A stretch of 53,159 bases of DNA, from positions 1-53,159 of the IMG/VR virus record IMGVR_UViG_3300024344_000019. One strand, 5' to 3'. Positions 1-8,803 of this stretch are shown piece after piece. How positions within the stretch are numbered: the first letter of the stretch is position 1; each line of letters opens with the position of its first letter. This stretch comes from a virus (Duplodnaviria > Caudoviricetes). The position numbers and the translations under genes were made by a program. The notes under the pieces are model-generated. The model saw nothing but the letters and a program-made list of their open reading frames with translations. It was not told the DNA's origin and made no database searches.

Positions 1-1649
1 AGATAATATTGAAATGCTTCTGAAATCTCATCAACTAATTTCCATGCTTGTTTGTCATCATATTTAACTTTATTCTTTGCAAGATAGTGAGCAAGACCAA
101 TATAACCTATGCCTAAACTTCTTCTTGCAAGTGTAGATTTTTTTGCGGCCTCTACTGGATATTCTTGATAGTCTATTATTTCTTCTAATGACCTTACAGA
201 TAAATCACATAAGTCCTCTAAATCTTCTTTATCTTTTATCATACCTAAGTTAATAGCAGATAATATACATAGAGCAATCTCACCATCAGGATCATCTATG
301 TGTTTGATAGGTGTTGTTGGTAACGTAATCTCTTGACATAAATTAGACATATAAACTTTATCTTTAAAAGATGAATGGGTATTACAATGGTCAATATTCA
401 TTATGTAAATACGACCTGTTTCTGCTCTTTCTTTTAATAGGTCCATAAATAAAGTTTGTGCTCTTATTTTCTTTTTAGTAATAGATGTTTTTCTTTCATA
501 CTTCTCATACATTTCATCAAACTCTGGCATACCAAATGCTTCATATAACCCAGGTGTTTCATGTGGTGAAAATAAAGTTATATCTTCATCTTTAATAAAT
601 CTCTCATAAAATAATTTAGATATCTGTATAGAGTAATCTAGTTTTCTTACTCTATTATCCTCTGTACCTTTGTTGTTTTTTAAAACAAGTATATCTTCTA
701 TTTCTTGGTGCCAGATTGGGAAGTGAACTGTTGCTGATCCTCCTCTAACTCCGTTTTGTGTGCAACACCTAACCGTTGCTTCAAATTTTTTAAGGAAAGG
801 AATGACACCAGTATGTTGTATCTCACCTCCACGAATTTTCGAATTGATTCCCCTAATTCTTCCTGCATTGATGCCGATCCCTGCTCTTTGGGCAACATAA
901 CGACCAATAGCCATATCGGAACTAAAGATACTAGGAAGAGTGTCATCGCTGTCAACCAGTACACAACTCGCAAACTGCCTAAGAGGAGTACGAACACCAG
1001 CCATAACAGGCGTGGGAATATTAATTTTAAATCTACTGATTGCGTCATAGTATTTTTTGACATATTGTAACCTACTTTCTGTTGGATACTTTGCAAATAA
1101 TGTGGCAGAAATCATCATGTACATAAACTGTGGTGTTTCAAAAATTTCATTTGTACTTCTATCTTGTACTAGATATTTGTCCATGACTTGTCTTAATCCT
1201 GCATAGGTAAAACTATAATCTCTCTCATGGTCAATCCACATACCCATTCTATCAATCTCTGCTTCAGTATAGTTTTCTAATATACCTTTATCATATAGTC
1301 CCAAATCAATTAGTTTTTTAATGTGGTCTATGAACTTTGGGTGTTCCCATAATCTATGAAACAAATTTTTACGAAGTGAAAATAATAATAGTCTAGCTGC
1401 AACAAACTGGTAATTAGGATTATCTAAACTAATTAAATCATTTGCTGACTTAATTAATATTTGTTGTATATCATCTGTCGATATACCATCAAAAAATTGT
1501 AACCCACTATTCATTTCAACATGAGAAGCACTAACTCCTGTTATACCTTCAGTTGCAAAACCAACCATTGAATGAATTTTATCTATATTTAAGGACTCTT
1601 TGCCCCTACCGTTTCTTTTTATAACATTAATTTGTTCGTTAGAGGTCAT
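1..1649 (-). CDS. nrdA: Ribonucleotide reductase class Ia alpha subunit (partial, runs off left edge)
   Basis: Not in the ORF track; translated by hand from ATG 1649: MTSNEQINVIKRNGRGKESLNIDKIH (ATP cone), with in-frame catalytic SNLCQEITLP and GEIALCILSAINLG near 350-250. Confidence 0.97.
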   Translation of the reverse strand, partial: MTSNEQINVIKRNGRGKESLNIDKIHSMVGFATEGITGVSASHVEMNSGLQFFDGISTDDIQQILIKSANDLISLDNPNYQFVAARLLLFSLRKNLFHRLWEHPKFIDHIKKLIDLGLYDKGILENYTEAEIDRMGMWIDHERDYSFTYAGLRQVMDKYLVQDRSTNEIFETPQFMYMMISATLFAKYPTESRLQYVKKYYDAISRFKINIPTPVMAGVRTPLRQFASCVLVDSDDTLPSIFSSDMAIGRYVAQRAGIGINAGRIRGINSKIRGGEIQHTGVIPFLKKFEATVRCCTQNGVRGGSATVHFPIWHQEIEDILVLKNNKGTEDNRVRKLDYSIQISKLFYERFIKDEDITLFSPHETPGLYEAFGMPEFDEMYEKYERKTSITKKKIRAQTLFMDLLKERAETGRIYIMNIDHCNTHSSFKDKVYMSNLCQEITLPTTPIKHIDDPDGEIALCILSAINLGMIKDKEDLEDLCDLSVRSLEEIIDYQEYPVEAAKKSTLARRSLGIGYIGLAHYLAKNKVKYDDKQAWKLVDEISEAFQYY

Positions 1650-1652
1650 CTA

Positions 1653-2666
1653 TTAAATCCTTTTCCAGTTGTTGATATGTTGTAGTGCTGTTAGTCCGCT
1701 GTATGTGTTATTACTTATAATAGTTTGCACCTCTGCTGAGGTCTTTCCTGCAATTATCATATCATTTAAATCTTTATATTTCAATGCCTTTGGCCATACA
1801 ACCAAATTAAATTTTTTATCAACAGCCTTTATCATACGGTTGACTATTTCTTGATTACGTGGTTCATTATCAAAGACCATTGTACATTGTTGAGGATTAA
1901 TTTTAATATCAGCATCAGCGCCTGCGAGTGCGACAGCATTACTCAGAAATAAACTATCAATAGGTCCTTCAGTTATCATCACAGGTTTATTTAAATCTAA
2001 TCTATCTAAACCATAAATCTTTTGTTTTGTATCATCAAATTTTATTGTAATATATTTCGGTTGTTCTTTACCAAAAGCACGACCTTGAAAAGCAAAAAAG
2101 TTACCTTCTCTATCAAAGAAAGGTATCACAACTCTAGGATGGTCGTCTCTCAAACTAGGAAACTTATTAGGCACAATACTATTAGTCCAATCATAAAATT
2201 TAGGACACAAATAAAATTTGTCCCAATGTTCTTTTGGTATTAATCTTTTATATACAAATTGTTTTGCTGGGTGTGTTGTAACTAATTTATCAAAACTAAC
2301 TAATTCATCTAGTATTCTATCGTAAGCAGTTTTCTTTTTTAAAATTTTAGATGGTGTAAAATCAAACTCTGGTTTTTCTTCTTGTACTTTACCATCTTTA
2401 AATCTTTCAAAGATGTATTCTTTATGCATTGTAGGGTCTAAAAACTTAATTAGATTACCTAGTGTCTGACCCATGCCACAATTATGACATTTAAAAAACA
2501 TATCAGTTTTTTTACGATATACAAAACCTCTGGCCTTTGATGATGATTTTTTAGAATCACCACAATGCGGACACCTGAAGTTATATAAGTATTCTGATTT
2601 TCTTTTAAATTTATCTAGTCTTGTGGATAAGAGATTAAGAAACTTGATATCAATATAAGAGGACAT
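1653..2666 (-). CDS. 61: T4-like DNA primase (gp61)
   Basis: Zn finger CPHCGDS...CHNC, TOPRIM EGPIDSLF, DNEPRN, KDLND. Confidence 0.96.
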   Translation of the reverse strand: MSSYIDIKFLNLLSTRLDKFKRKSEYLYNFRCPHCGDSKKSSSKARGFVYRKKTDMFFKCHNCGMGQTLGNLIKFLDPTMHKEYIFERFKDGKVQEEKPEFDFTPSKILKKKTAYDRILDELVSFDKLVTTHPAKQFVYKRLIPKEHWDKFYLCPKFYDWTNSIVPNKFPSLRDDHPRVVIPFFDREGNFFAFQGRAFGKEQPKYITIKFDDTKQKIYGLDRLDLNKPVMITEGPIDSLFLSNAVALAGADADIKINPQQCTMVFDNEPRNQEIVNRMIKAVDKKFNLVVWPKALKYKDLNDMIIAGKTSAEVQTIISNNTYSGLTALQHINNWKRI

Positions 2667-2674
2667 ATGAACAC

Positions 2675-2703
2675 ATTATAACAGGTTCATATGGTAAAGT
2701 CAA
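2675..2703 (-). promoter_or_regulatory. sigma70-type promoter for primase
   Basis: TTGACT-17-TATAAT, 8 nt upstream of ATG. Confidence 0.75.
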
Positions 2704-2707
2704 GCAC

Positions 2708-3160
2708 TTAGAACATTTTAAATAAAGGATTATCGGGATTAGACATCATAAGTCCAATAATTATAGAACCACCAATAATCAACCAACGCCATTTCTCTAA
2801 CACGCCAACTCTTTCGGATAGTTGTGTTCTAACAGCACGAATTTCATTTAGCAGTTTACTCTCTAGTTGATATTGGGACTCTCTTAGTTCTCTATTATTA
2901 GTAGTAATCCTAGAGTGTAATTCTTTAAGGTCATTATCCCATTCTTTTCTTCTAGATTCTAGAGTAATAAAAATATCATCATCTGTTTGCTCTGCTCTTG
3001 TTAGTTTACTTTCTTGTTGAGCAATCATACCTTTTAATGATATAGTAATTTCAGTAAGTTTATCTACAGCAACCTCTAATCTTTGATGAATAAGCTCACC
3101 TGTTTTAGCGTCTTTCTTTAGTAGTGCTATATCTGTTTTAAGTTTTTCTAGGTCTGACAT
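2708..3160 (-). CDS. Coiled-coil protein with C-terminal transmembrane helix (possible lysis protein)
   Basis: Heptad-rich body, hydrophobic WRWLIIGGSIIIGLMM tail; adjacent to spanins; late-promoter-like AATAAATA at 3166-3173. Confidence 0.6.
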   Translation of the reverse strand: MSDLEKLKTDIALLKKDAKTGELIHQRLEVAVDKLTEITISLKGMIAQQESKLTRAEQTDDDIFITLESRRKEWDNDLKELHSRITTNNRELRESQYQLESKLLNEIRAVRTQLSERVGVLEKWRWLIIGGSIIIGLMMSNPDNPLFKMF

Positions 3161-3174
3161 GCTTATATTTATTC

Positions 3175-3534
3175 TTATTCGGCTTCATAGTATTCTTTAT
3201 AAGATAATATAATCTGTCTTTGCTCTGCTAATTTGTTTCGTATGTCAGCAAAATTTAATGATAATTTTTCATAACCAGTATCAGTTACAGCAAATAAAGC
3301 ATAGTCGCCGTTCTTTTCGTTTTTGATTTTTTCAAAAACTTCATCTGCGTTATCTTTTGTAATAATAATCCATTCAACATCCTGTAATTCAAGAGGTGCA
3401 GGCATTGTTAAGTCTAAAGGTTCTCTTTTCTTTTCTATTTTGTAAGTCTGTAATGTTTTAACACCAGCAGCACAACTACTCAGTAGTATTGCTATCAGGC
3501 CAAAAACTAGGACATTCCCTATTAGGCGTACCAT
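3175..3534 (-). CDS. Outer-membrane spanin (o-spanin, Rz1-like lipoprotein)
   Basis: Signal peptide ending in lipobox LLSS-C, Pro-containing segment, overlaps the 3' end of the i-spanin gene. Confidence 0.75.
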   Translation of the reverse strand: MVRLIGNVLVFGLIAILLSSCAAGVKTLQTYKIEKKREPLDLTMPAPLELQDVEWIIITKDNADEVFEKIKNEKNGDYALFAVTDTGYEKLSLNFADIRNKLAEQRQIILSYKEYYEAE

Positions 3535-3928
3535 TTAACTCCTCCTCTGTTAGTGGACTACCAGACGCAATCTCCATACATCTAGCAGCACTATCACTTG
3601 CTTTGTTTATAATCTTCTCTACTAGACCAGGTTTATTTTCTGCAAGATTACCTATATCGTGCTTACCTAATCTATTGTTTAATGCGTTTCTATCTTTTTC
3701 TAGTTTAGCATTTAATTCTTCTACTTTTTTCAATGTGTTTCTTATTTGTTTTAAATCTTTTGTTTGTTGTTCAATAACACCTTTTTGATCCTCAACAGCA
3801 GTCTCTAATTTAATTGTATTTTCTTTGAGTATAGCATTATCTTTTTGTAACTTTTGCACATACAGATATCCTCCGCCTGCCCCTGCTAACATTACTAATA
3901 TTAATCCTATTTTTATACTACTAAACAT
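3476..3928 (-). CDS. Inner-membrane spanin (i-spanin, Rz-like)
   Basis: N-terminal TM helix, long coiled coil, two C-terminal Cys, overlaps lipoprotein gene by 59 bp. Confidence 0.75.
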   Translation of the reverse strand: MFSSIKIGLILVMLAGAGGGYLYVQKLQKDNAILKENTIKLETAVEDQKGVIEQQTKDLKQIRNTLKKVEELNAKLEKDRNALNNRLGKHDIGNLAENKPGLVEKIINKASDSAARCMEIASGSPLTEEELNGTPNRECPSFWPDSNTTE

Positions 3929-4227
3929 TATTTTTTCTTCTTAAATTGTTTTGAAACTTCTATTTGTTCAAGTCGTTCTTCTAACTCATCAATCTTTTTA
4001 GTAACATACGGATACTTCTTTCTCCATGCGTCATCAGGTTGTTGTAACCAAGTTAGTCCCCAGCGTTCAACTAGATAGTCTGCAAATATATCAAACTTAC
4101 CATACATCCAAAGACCTATTCTTGTACTTTTAAAGTATGTTGAGAATGCTAATCCGAATAGTGAACCAACTAATGCTGTGTAAATCCACAATCTATCAGT
4201 AGCCATTCTTTCAATCATTTCCCACAT
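3928..4227 (-). CDS. Small membrane protein (holin/antiholin candidate)
   Basis: TM segment LWIYTALVGSLFGLAFS, charged C-terminus, directly upstream of spanins. Confidence 0.5.
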   Translation of the reverse strand: MWEMIERMATDRLWIYTALVGSLFGLAFSTYFKSTRIGLWMYGKFDIFADYLVERWGLTWLQQPDDAWRKKYPYVTKKIDELEERLEQIEVSKQFKKKK

Positions 4228-5012
4228 TATTTTTTAATTTCCTTTTTGCATAATTCATAATAAGCATCCATAGAGTGGTCAGAAAAACCATCAATCTTTA
4301 GTTTTAATAAACCTTTAAATGTGCCTTTAATCCATTGTGTAAACATATACCATCTACTGAAACCTTCTTTTAGTTTACCATTTATATCAAAGTATTTTAA
4401 TTCTGTACTTTTATGTGTAAATCCTAAAAACTCAGGTGGTACTTTTGTTACGATATCATTATTGTTTCTGATACGATAACAATTAAAATTCATATTTTTA
4501 ATTAATTGTTTATTACCAACTCGTGGTGAACCATAAGTATAACATACAGATTTAGAGTCATTTATTCTATCAGTATAAAGAGTTGCAAGAGCAGCCCCTA
4601 AACTATGACCTGTTACTACTAACTGTTTGCCTAAACCGTTTTCTTGATAATGTTCCCATAAAGTTTTCCAGATATCATTTAGAGCGTGTCTAAATCCAGA
4701 GTGTATCTTACCCTTAGAACCTATACCTCTTGAAGTATCTGGCATCCATTCTCTCTTTGATTTAACAAAGAAAGCGTCTGCTTTAATATCTTCCCAAGAT
4801 GTAGGTTGAGTGCCTCTAAAAACAACTACATAGTTTTTATCACAGGTTAGTACATAACATTCAGTACCACCCTCTGAAAACATAGTAATATTATCCCAAT
4901 CTTTTGTGTAGATTTTTCGAAAGTCTTTCTTAGCCAAATATGCGTTCATACTTAAACGAGCACACATTGTAGCAGTTTCCCATGAAAACTTATTGTTCAA
5001 CACACGAGTCAT
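4227..5012 (-). CDS. Class 3 lipase (alpha/beta hydrolase)
   Basis: VVFRGT, KIHSGF, nucleophile elbow TGHSLGAALA, YTYGSPRVGN, NNNDIVTKVPP, DHSM. Confidence 0.9.
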   Translation of the reverse strand: MTRVLNNKFSWETATMCARLSMNAYLAKKDFRKIYTKDWDNITMFSEGGTECYVLTCDKNYVVVFRGTQPTSWEDIKADAFFVKSKREWMPDTSRGIGSKGKIHSGFRHALNDIWKTLWEHYQENGLGKQLVVTGHSLGAALATLYTDRINDSKSVCYTYGSPRVGNKQLIKNMNFNCYRIRNNNDIVTKVPPEFLGFTHKSTELKYFDINGKLKEGFSRWYMFTQWIKGTFKGLLKLKIDGFSDHSMDAYYELCKKEIKK

Positions 5013-5017
5013 AAAAA

Positions 5018-5179
5018 TTAACCTTGTTTTTTAACCATTGAGACAATGCCCCATATGATAGCCGCATATGCAGCTAACTTTACGAAAGGACCACCTAGTA
5101 CTACTAGTAGACCAAGTGCAACTAACGAAGCGCCTGACCATGTTGATATCTCTTTTATTCTTCCTTTTAACCAATCCAT
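5018..5179 (-). CDS. Small two-TM protein, holin candidate (53 aa)
   Basis: Start revised to MDWLKGRIKE behind AAAGGAG; two hydrophobic helices and a basic tail. Confidence 0.55.
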   Translation of the reverse strand: MDWLKGRIKEISTWSGASLVALGLLVVLGGPFVKLAAYAAIIWGIVSMVKKQG

Positions 5180-5244
5180 TTGATTTTTCTCCTTTATTGA
5201 ATTATCTCCCCATACTGCCATTTCAGCAGTCAGGTAAAGATTCC

Positions 5245-5409
5245 TTATTTCCTCTTTTTGAGTTCCTTGATCCATTTTTCTCTCACCTTTTTTACATTCT
5301 CTTTTTTTCGTAATGGATTAAGTGCTGCCATAGGCTTCATATAACTCGTAGAGGGAACTTGTAGTCCCATGGCATATTCTTTAACAAACTCTTTGTATGA
5401 TTTTGACAT
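5245..5409 (-). CDS. Small basic hypothetical protein (54 aa) with capsid-targeting-like N-terminus
   Basis: Hand-translated MSKSYKEFVKEYAMGLQVP...KELKKRK; start abuts the upstream stop. Confidence 0.6.
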   Translation of the reverse strand: MSKSYKEFVKEYAMGLQVPSTSYMKPMAALNPLRKKENVKKVREKWIKELKKRK

Positions 5410-6252
5410 TTACTTCTGGCCAGCACGAACTTTTTTTGCTAAATCTTTATCAGCACCGCCCCATGTTCCAGATGATTTAGTTACAAAACTATTTACTCTA
5501 GCAAATGCCCATTGTTGTTGAGTTGCACCAGGTCTATGTCCGCCTTTCCATGCAGCCATACCTCTATTGTAAACTTGTTTTAGTATCGAGTAAGGCATAC
5601 CAGTTTTCTTTGCCTTGTTTTGTAGACCTTTAATTGCTTCATCTAAATCAGCTTCTTTCATCGCCATTGCTTTTAAATGTTTTACTTTTTCTTTGATTTC
5701 GTCTTTAGGTCTTTCTAAATCAGGAATTGTTCTATCAATAGTTTCATTAATTTTAAATCTTCTTAATAGTCTATCTTTCATAGTTTCCTTATCTTTCTTT
5801 TTCTTCATTACAACTGTTGATGAATCATCACCTGTGCCTGCGACTGCTGTGCCTGTCGCATTTGCTGGGGTATCTTCGCCATACATTTGTTTATACTTTT
5901 TAGTATGTGTAGATGTTTTTGTTTTTGCTTTTTTATCGCCAGGTGCTGGTTTATAATCGTCATCATCATCTGATGGTTTATAAGTGCCTGCTTTTTTCTT
6001 AAAGAAAGCCGCTCTTTTCTTTTTTGTATCTTTATCTAAAGTCTTGTAATACTTTTTAGGTTGTGTACCTTTTACTTTTTTAACATCTTTATCTTGTGGT
6101 TGAGCATCCATATCTTCATACTTAGGACTTACTTTTTTAGTACCGTCTGCTCTAGGTATCAGACCTTTTGCTTTTAAATGAGCCTTGTCTGTAAATCCTG
6201 CTTTACCAGCTTTATATCTTTTCATAGCGTCTGCTGTATTAGGCGTTGGCAT
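5410..6252 (-). CDS. Lys-rich modular hypothetical protein with C-terminal DUF5824-like domain
   Basis: LKQVYNRGMAAWKGGHRPGATQQQWAFARVNSF resembles a conserved large-virus domain (from memory). Confidence 0.6.
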   Translation of the reverse strand: MPTPNTADAMKRYKAGKAGFTDKAHLKAKGLIPRADGTKKVSPKYEDMDAQPQDKDVKKVKGTQPKKYYKTLDKDTKKKRAAFFKKKAGTYKPSDDDDDYKPAPGDKKAKTKTSTHTKKYKQMYGEDTPANATGTAVAGTGDDSSTVVMKKKKDKETMKDRLLRRFKINETIDRTIPDLERPKDEIKEKVKHLKAMAMKEADLDEAIKGLQNKAKKTGMPYSILKQVYNRGMAAWKGGHRPGATQQQWAFARVNSFVTKSSGTWGGADKDLAKKVRAGQK

Positions 6253-6784
6253 ATAAGTCCTCCGTTGTTAAATATACATTTCTATACTTGAATACATCAT
6301 ACCCTAGTATAGTGTCTGTATTGCCTTCAAATATAACTTCTTCGTCTATATTTATGACTATATCGCCTTCTAAATCTGTAATATCTCTATTTACTCTATA
6401 TGTACCAGGTCGTAAGGGATCCCCATAATTTTCATTTACTTCAAATTCAAAACCGTTTTCTTTTAGATGTTTGTAAACTACTTTTTCTATTTCTGGATTG
6501 TAACCATTATCTTCTTTAAAAAATGCTAAAGCGGCAGCTGCAGAGGTTCCTAATGGTCCTCTAATACCTACTTTACCTAATAATTTTTTGAGATTGAATA
6601 CGAAGCGAATGAGTAATGTGTATGCTTCTCTTTTTGGTCCTGAATTAGGAAGGTCTTTTGATTTGATTAATACTTTACCTTTATCGTCTATGATACCTAA
6701 TTTAAATGCTTTGGTTCTATTAAAAGGCGTTACTAAAAGTTTTAAAACTCTGTATGCGATTAAGGCGTCTATTACTCTTCCCAT
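6239..6784 (-). CDS. Conserved T4-like hypothetical protein
   Basis: YRVLKLLVTPFNRTKAFKLGIIDDKGKVL motif typical of T4-like phage proteins near the primase gene. Confidence 0.65.
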   Translation of the reverse strand: MGRVIDALIAYRVLKLLVTPFNRTKAFKLGIIDDKGKVLIKSKDLPNSGPKREAYTLLIRFVFNLKKLLGKVGIRGPLGTSAAAALAFFKEDNGYNPEIEKVVYKHLKENGFEFEVNENYGDPLRPGTYRVNRDITDLEGDIVINIDEEVIFEGNTDTILGYDVFKYRNVYLTTEDLYANA

Positions 6785-7152
6785 TAAATTGTTCCTAACT
6801 CTGCCATAACTTTTTGATTGATTCTTATATCGGTCATATCTTCTTCTGGCATATAATGTAAAAAAACAAGAATGGTTTTAAGTAGTGACCAGTGTTGTCT
6901 ATCTATCTTAAAAAATAATAAGGTAGTAGCAGCGTCAACACCAAATACGTTTGACAAAACAATTATATGATTAATAATCAGTCTTGACTTTAATTCTTTA
7001 GATGTGTCATACTTTCTAAATAATCTTTTCAGATATTTAAATCGTTTCATATCATCTAAAAACTCTTGTTCATCTACACATGAGGGATTATCATAATGTT
7101 TGATAGCAAACATATTAATATTCTCAGGCGTGAGATGTTTAAAATCACTCAT
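6784..7152 (-). CDS. Conserved marine myophage hypothetical protein
   Basis: FAIKHYDNPSC...FKYLKRLF...RLIINHIIVLSNVFG; translationally coupled. Confidence 0.7.
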   Translation of the reverse strand: MSDFKHLTPENINMFAIKHYDNPSCVDEQEFLDDMKRFKYLKRLFRKYDTSKELKSRLIINHIIVLSNVFGVDAATTLLFFKIDRQHWSLLKTILVFLHYMPEEDMTDIRINQKVMAELGTI

Positions 7153-7192
7153 AATAAAACCAATCTGTACATATTAATATATATGTACTTAA

Positions 7193-7627
7193 TTAAACTA
7201 AATTCGCAAATACTTTGTAAGTGTTGTTGGGTTGTTTTTCCCAATTAAATTCTAGTTTTAAACCGCCTTCTTTTCTATGAGATATGCCATCACCGTTTTC
7301 AATATCACCATCACCAGATGTTGTATTGTCAGATGTTTTTCCATATCTTCCACCAAACTGAGAAACCTCTACTACTGATTTACCATTTTTACCTTCAACT
7401 TTAGGTATGGTGTAATTTAGACCAATAGTTGCCAGTTTCATCGCTAATTGGTGCATAGCAGCGTCTGGTTGTACATATTCTTGTTCAGCGATTGCACCTA
7501 CAAAAGCATTAACTTTTTGCAAAGATTCAGGATTAGCAACATCAAAAATAGCAACATTATCGTTCTCTACTGATTGATGAGCAAATCTATCTGTATATGC
7601 TTCGTTGTATTGTTTAAAGCTCTTCAT
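7193..7627 (-). CDS. Hypothetical protein, probable head-internal protein
   Basis: N-terminus MKSFKQYNEA resembles the T4 capsid targeting sequence. Confidence 0.6.
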   Translation of the reverse strand: MKSFKQYNEAYTDRFAHQSVENDNVAIFDVANPESLQKVNAFVGAIAEQEYVQPDAAMHQLAMKLATIGLNYTIPKVEGKNGKSVVEVSQFGGRYGKTSDNTTSGDGDIENGDGISHRKEGGLKLEFNWEKQPNNTYKVFANLV

Positions 7628-7787
7628 TTTTTTCGTCCTTCTTCTTTTTAGGTTTTTCTTCCTTTACAACAACTTCGATATTAGGATTTTCAGTTGTTAT
7701 TTCAGAAAGGACCGTATTAGAATCTTCGTATTGTTTTCTCGCTCTTGGCGATAAACTATTTAATTCTTCCTGTGTTAATTTGTCCAT
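7614..7787 (-). CDS. Small hypothetical protein (57 aa)
   Basis: Hand-translated MDKLTQEELNSLSPRARKQYE...KDEKNEEL, GGAG RBS, fills the gap between genes. Confidence 0.6.
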   Translation of the reverse strand: MDKLTQEELNSLSPRARKQYEDSNTVLSEITTENPNIEVVVKEEKPKKKKDEKNEEL

Positions 7788-7799
7788 TAATCTTTTCTC

Positions 7800-8033
7800 C
7801 TAAGAGGTTGCAATATCAAGTGCCTGTTGTTTTTCAGCAGGCATTGGTGCGTCATCATCTGCAATTTGTTTTAGAAACATATCACATTGTTGCATAGCAC
7901 CCGCTAAAGCATTCAAATTATTTTTCATACTAATAACCTTGACTTCACTTTCCTCAATTTGTTGTTTCACGGTTTGAAAGTCTTTTTCTAATTCAGATTT
8001 TCTCGTTTCAATTTGTTCTTTACTTATTGACAT
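7800..8033 (-). CDS. Small coiled-coil hypothetical protein
   Basis: Heptad pattern, GGAG RBS. Confidence 0.65.
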   Translation of the reverse strand: MSISKEQIETRKSELEKDFQTVKQQIEESEVKVISMKNNLNALAGAMQQCDMFLKQIADDDAPMPAEKQQALDIATS

Positions 8034-8046
8034 AATATCTCCATTT

Positions 8047-8074
8047 TAAATTAAGGAGGGGGCGAACCCCCTCC
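8047..8074 (-). terminator. Intrinsic terminator
   Basis: GGAGGGGG-TTCG-CCCCCTCC followed by TTAATTT. Confidence 0.75.
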
Positions 8075-8108
8075 CAAGTATTTTTCTAGTTACTTAACTA
8101 ATCAGTTA

Positions 8109-8660
8109 TTACTGGTCAGCAAAAGCAACAGCGGTGTCAGAAGCAGTGAAACCAGACACAGCGTAAACTGTACTAGAAACGCCTACAAGATTAATCTCGT
8201 ATGCCTCTGGTGTAGCCAAAGTAATTTTACTGTTGGAATCTCCATCAGAAAATACAGTATCAGTTGTTTGACCTGTTTGGTTGTTATCGTTGTGTTGCAA
8301 CGCACCTTTGAAAAAGATTGTGTTACCAGCAGTCTGGAATATATGAGATGAAGCGTCAGTCGCCGCACCGATATAAATGAACTTAAAAGTAAGTCCAGCA
8401 GAAGGTGTTGGTAATACATATGTTGAGTTCTGAGATACATCAACAACCATGTTAGTTCTACCTGCATTAGCAGCAGCAGTTAGAGTAGTTGATGAAGCGT
8501 CAGCCAAAGTAACAGGAGCTCTTAGAGCATTTTCCATCTCTGCGATTGTTACTTTTTTGTTTATCGGTGTTCCAGAAGGATCATCAACTACATGAAGTAA
8601 ATCTTCTCTTGCAGTCGCTGTTCCTAATGAAGTTAATGCCGTGATTTTTTTATCAGCCAT
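8109..8660 (-). CDS. Virion structural / fibre-like protein
   Basis: [10 protein letters not shown]...[14 protein letters not shown]-terminus typical of fibre or decoration proteins; Thr/Ala/Ser rich; late promoter upstream. Confidence 0.65.
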   Translation of the reverse strand: MADKKITALTSLGTATAREDLLHVVDDPSGTPINKKVTIAEMENALRAPVTLADASSTTLTAAANAGRTNMVVDVSQNSTYVLPTPSAGLTFKFIYIGAATDASSHIFQTAGNTIFFKGALQHNDNNQTGQTTDTVFSDGDSNSKITLATPEAYEINLVGVSSTVYAVSGFTASDTAVAFADQ

Positions 8661-8778
8661 TGTTTGTTTTCTCCATTTAATTTAACCCCTTATGTATTCG
8701 GGGAATGTTAGCCCAGGCATTGAAGTTATCTCGCCAGGGATCAAGTGTATAGGAGGAACAATTTCCCCCTATACAAAT

Positions 8779-8786
8779 TATTTATA
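8779..8786 (-). promoter_or_regulatory. T4-type late promoter
   Basis: TATAAATA, intergenic. Confidence 0.8.
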
Positions 8787-8803
8787 AGACTTATATACTA
8801 CTA

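Noticed and set aside
698-1096. 132 aa minus-strand ORF and 104 aa plus-strand ORF
   Set aside because: Both lie inside nrdA in other frames; shadow ORFs
8183-8467. 94 aa alternative-frame ORF; likewise 23973-24185
   Set aside because: Nested in recognisable genes with no RBS or motif
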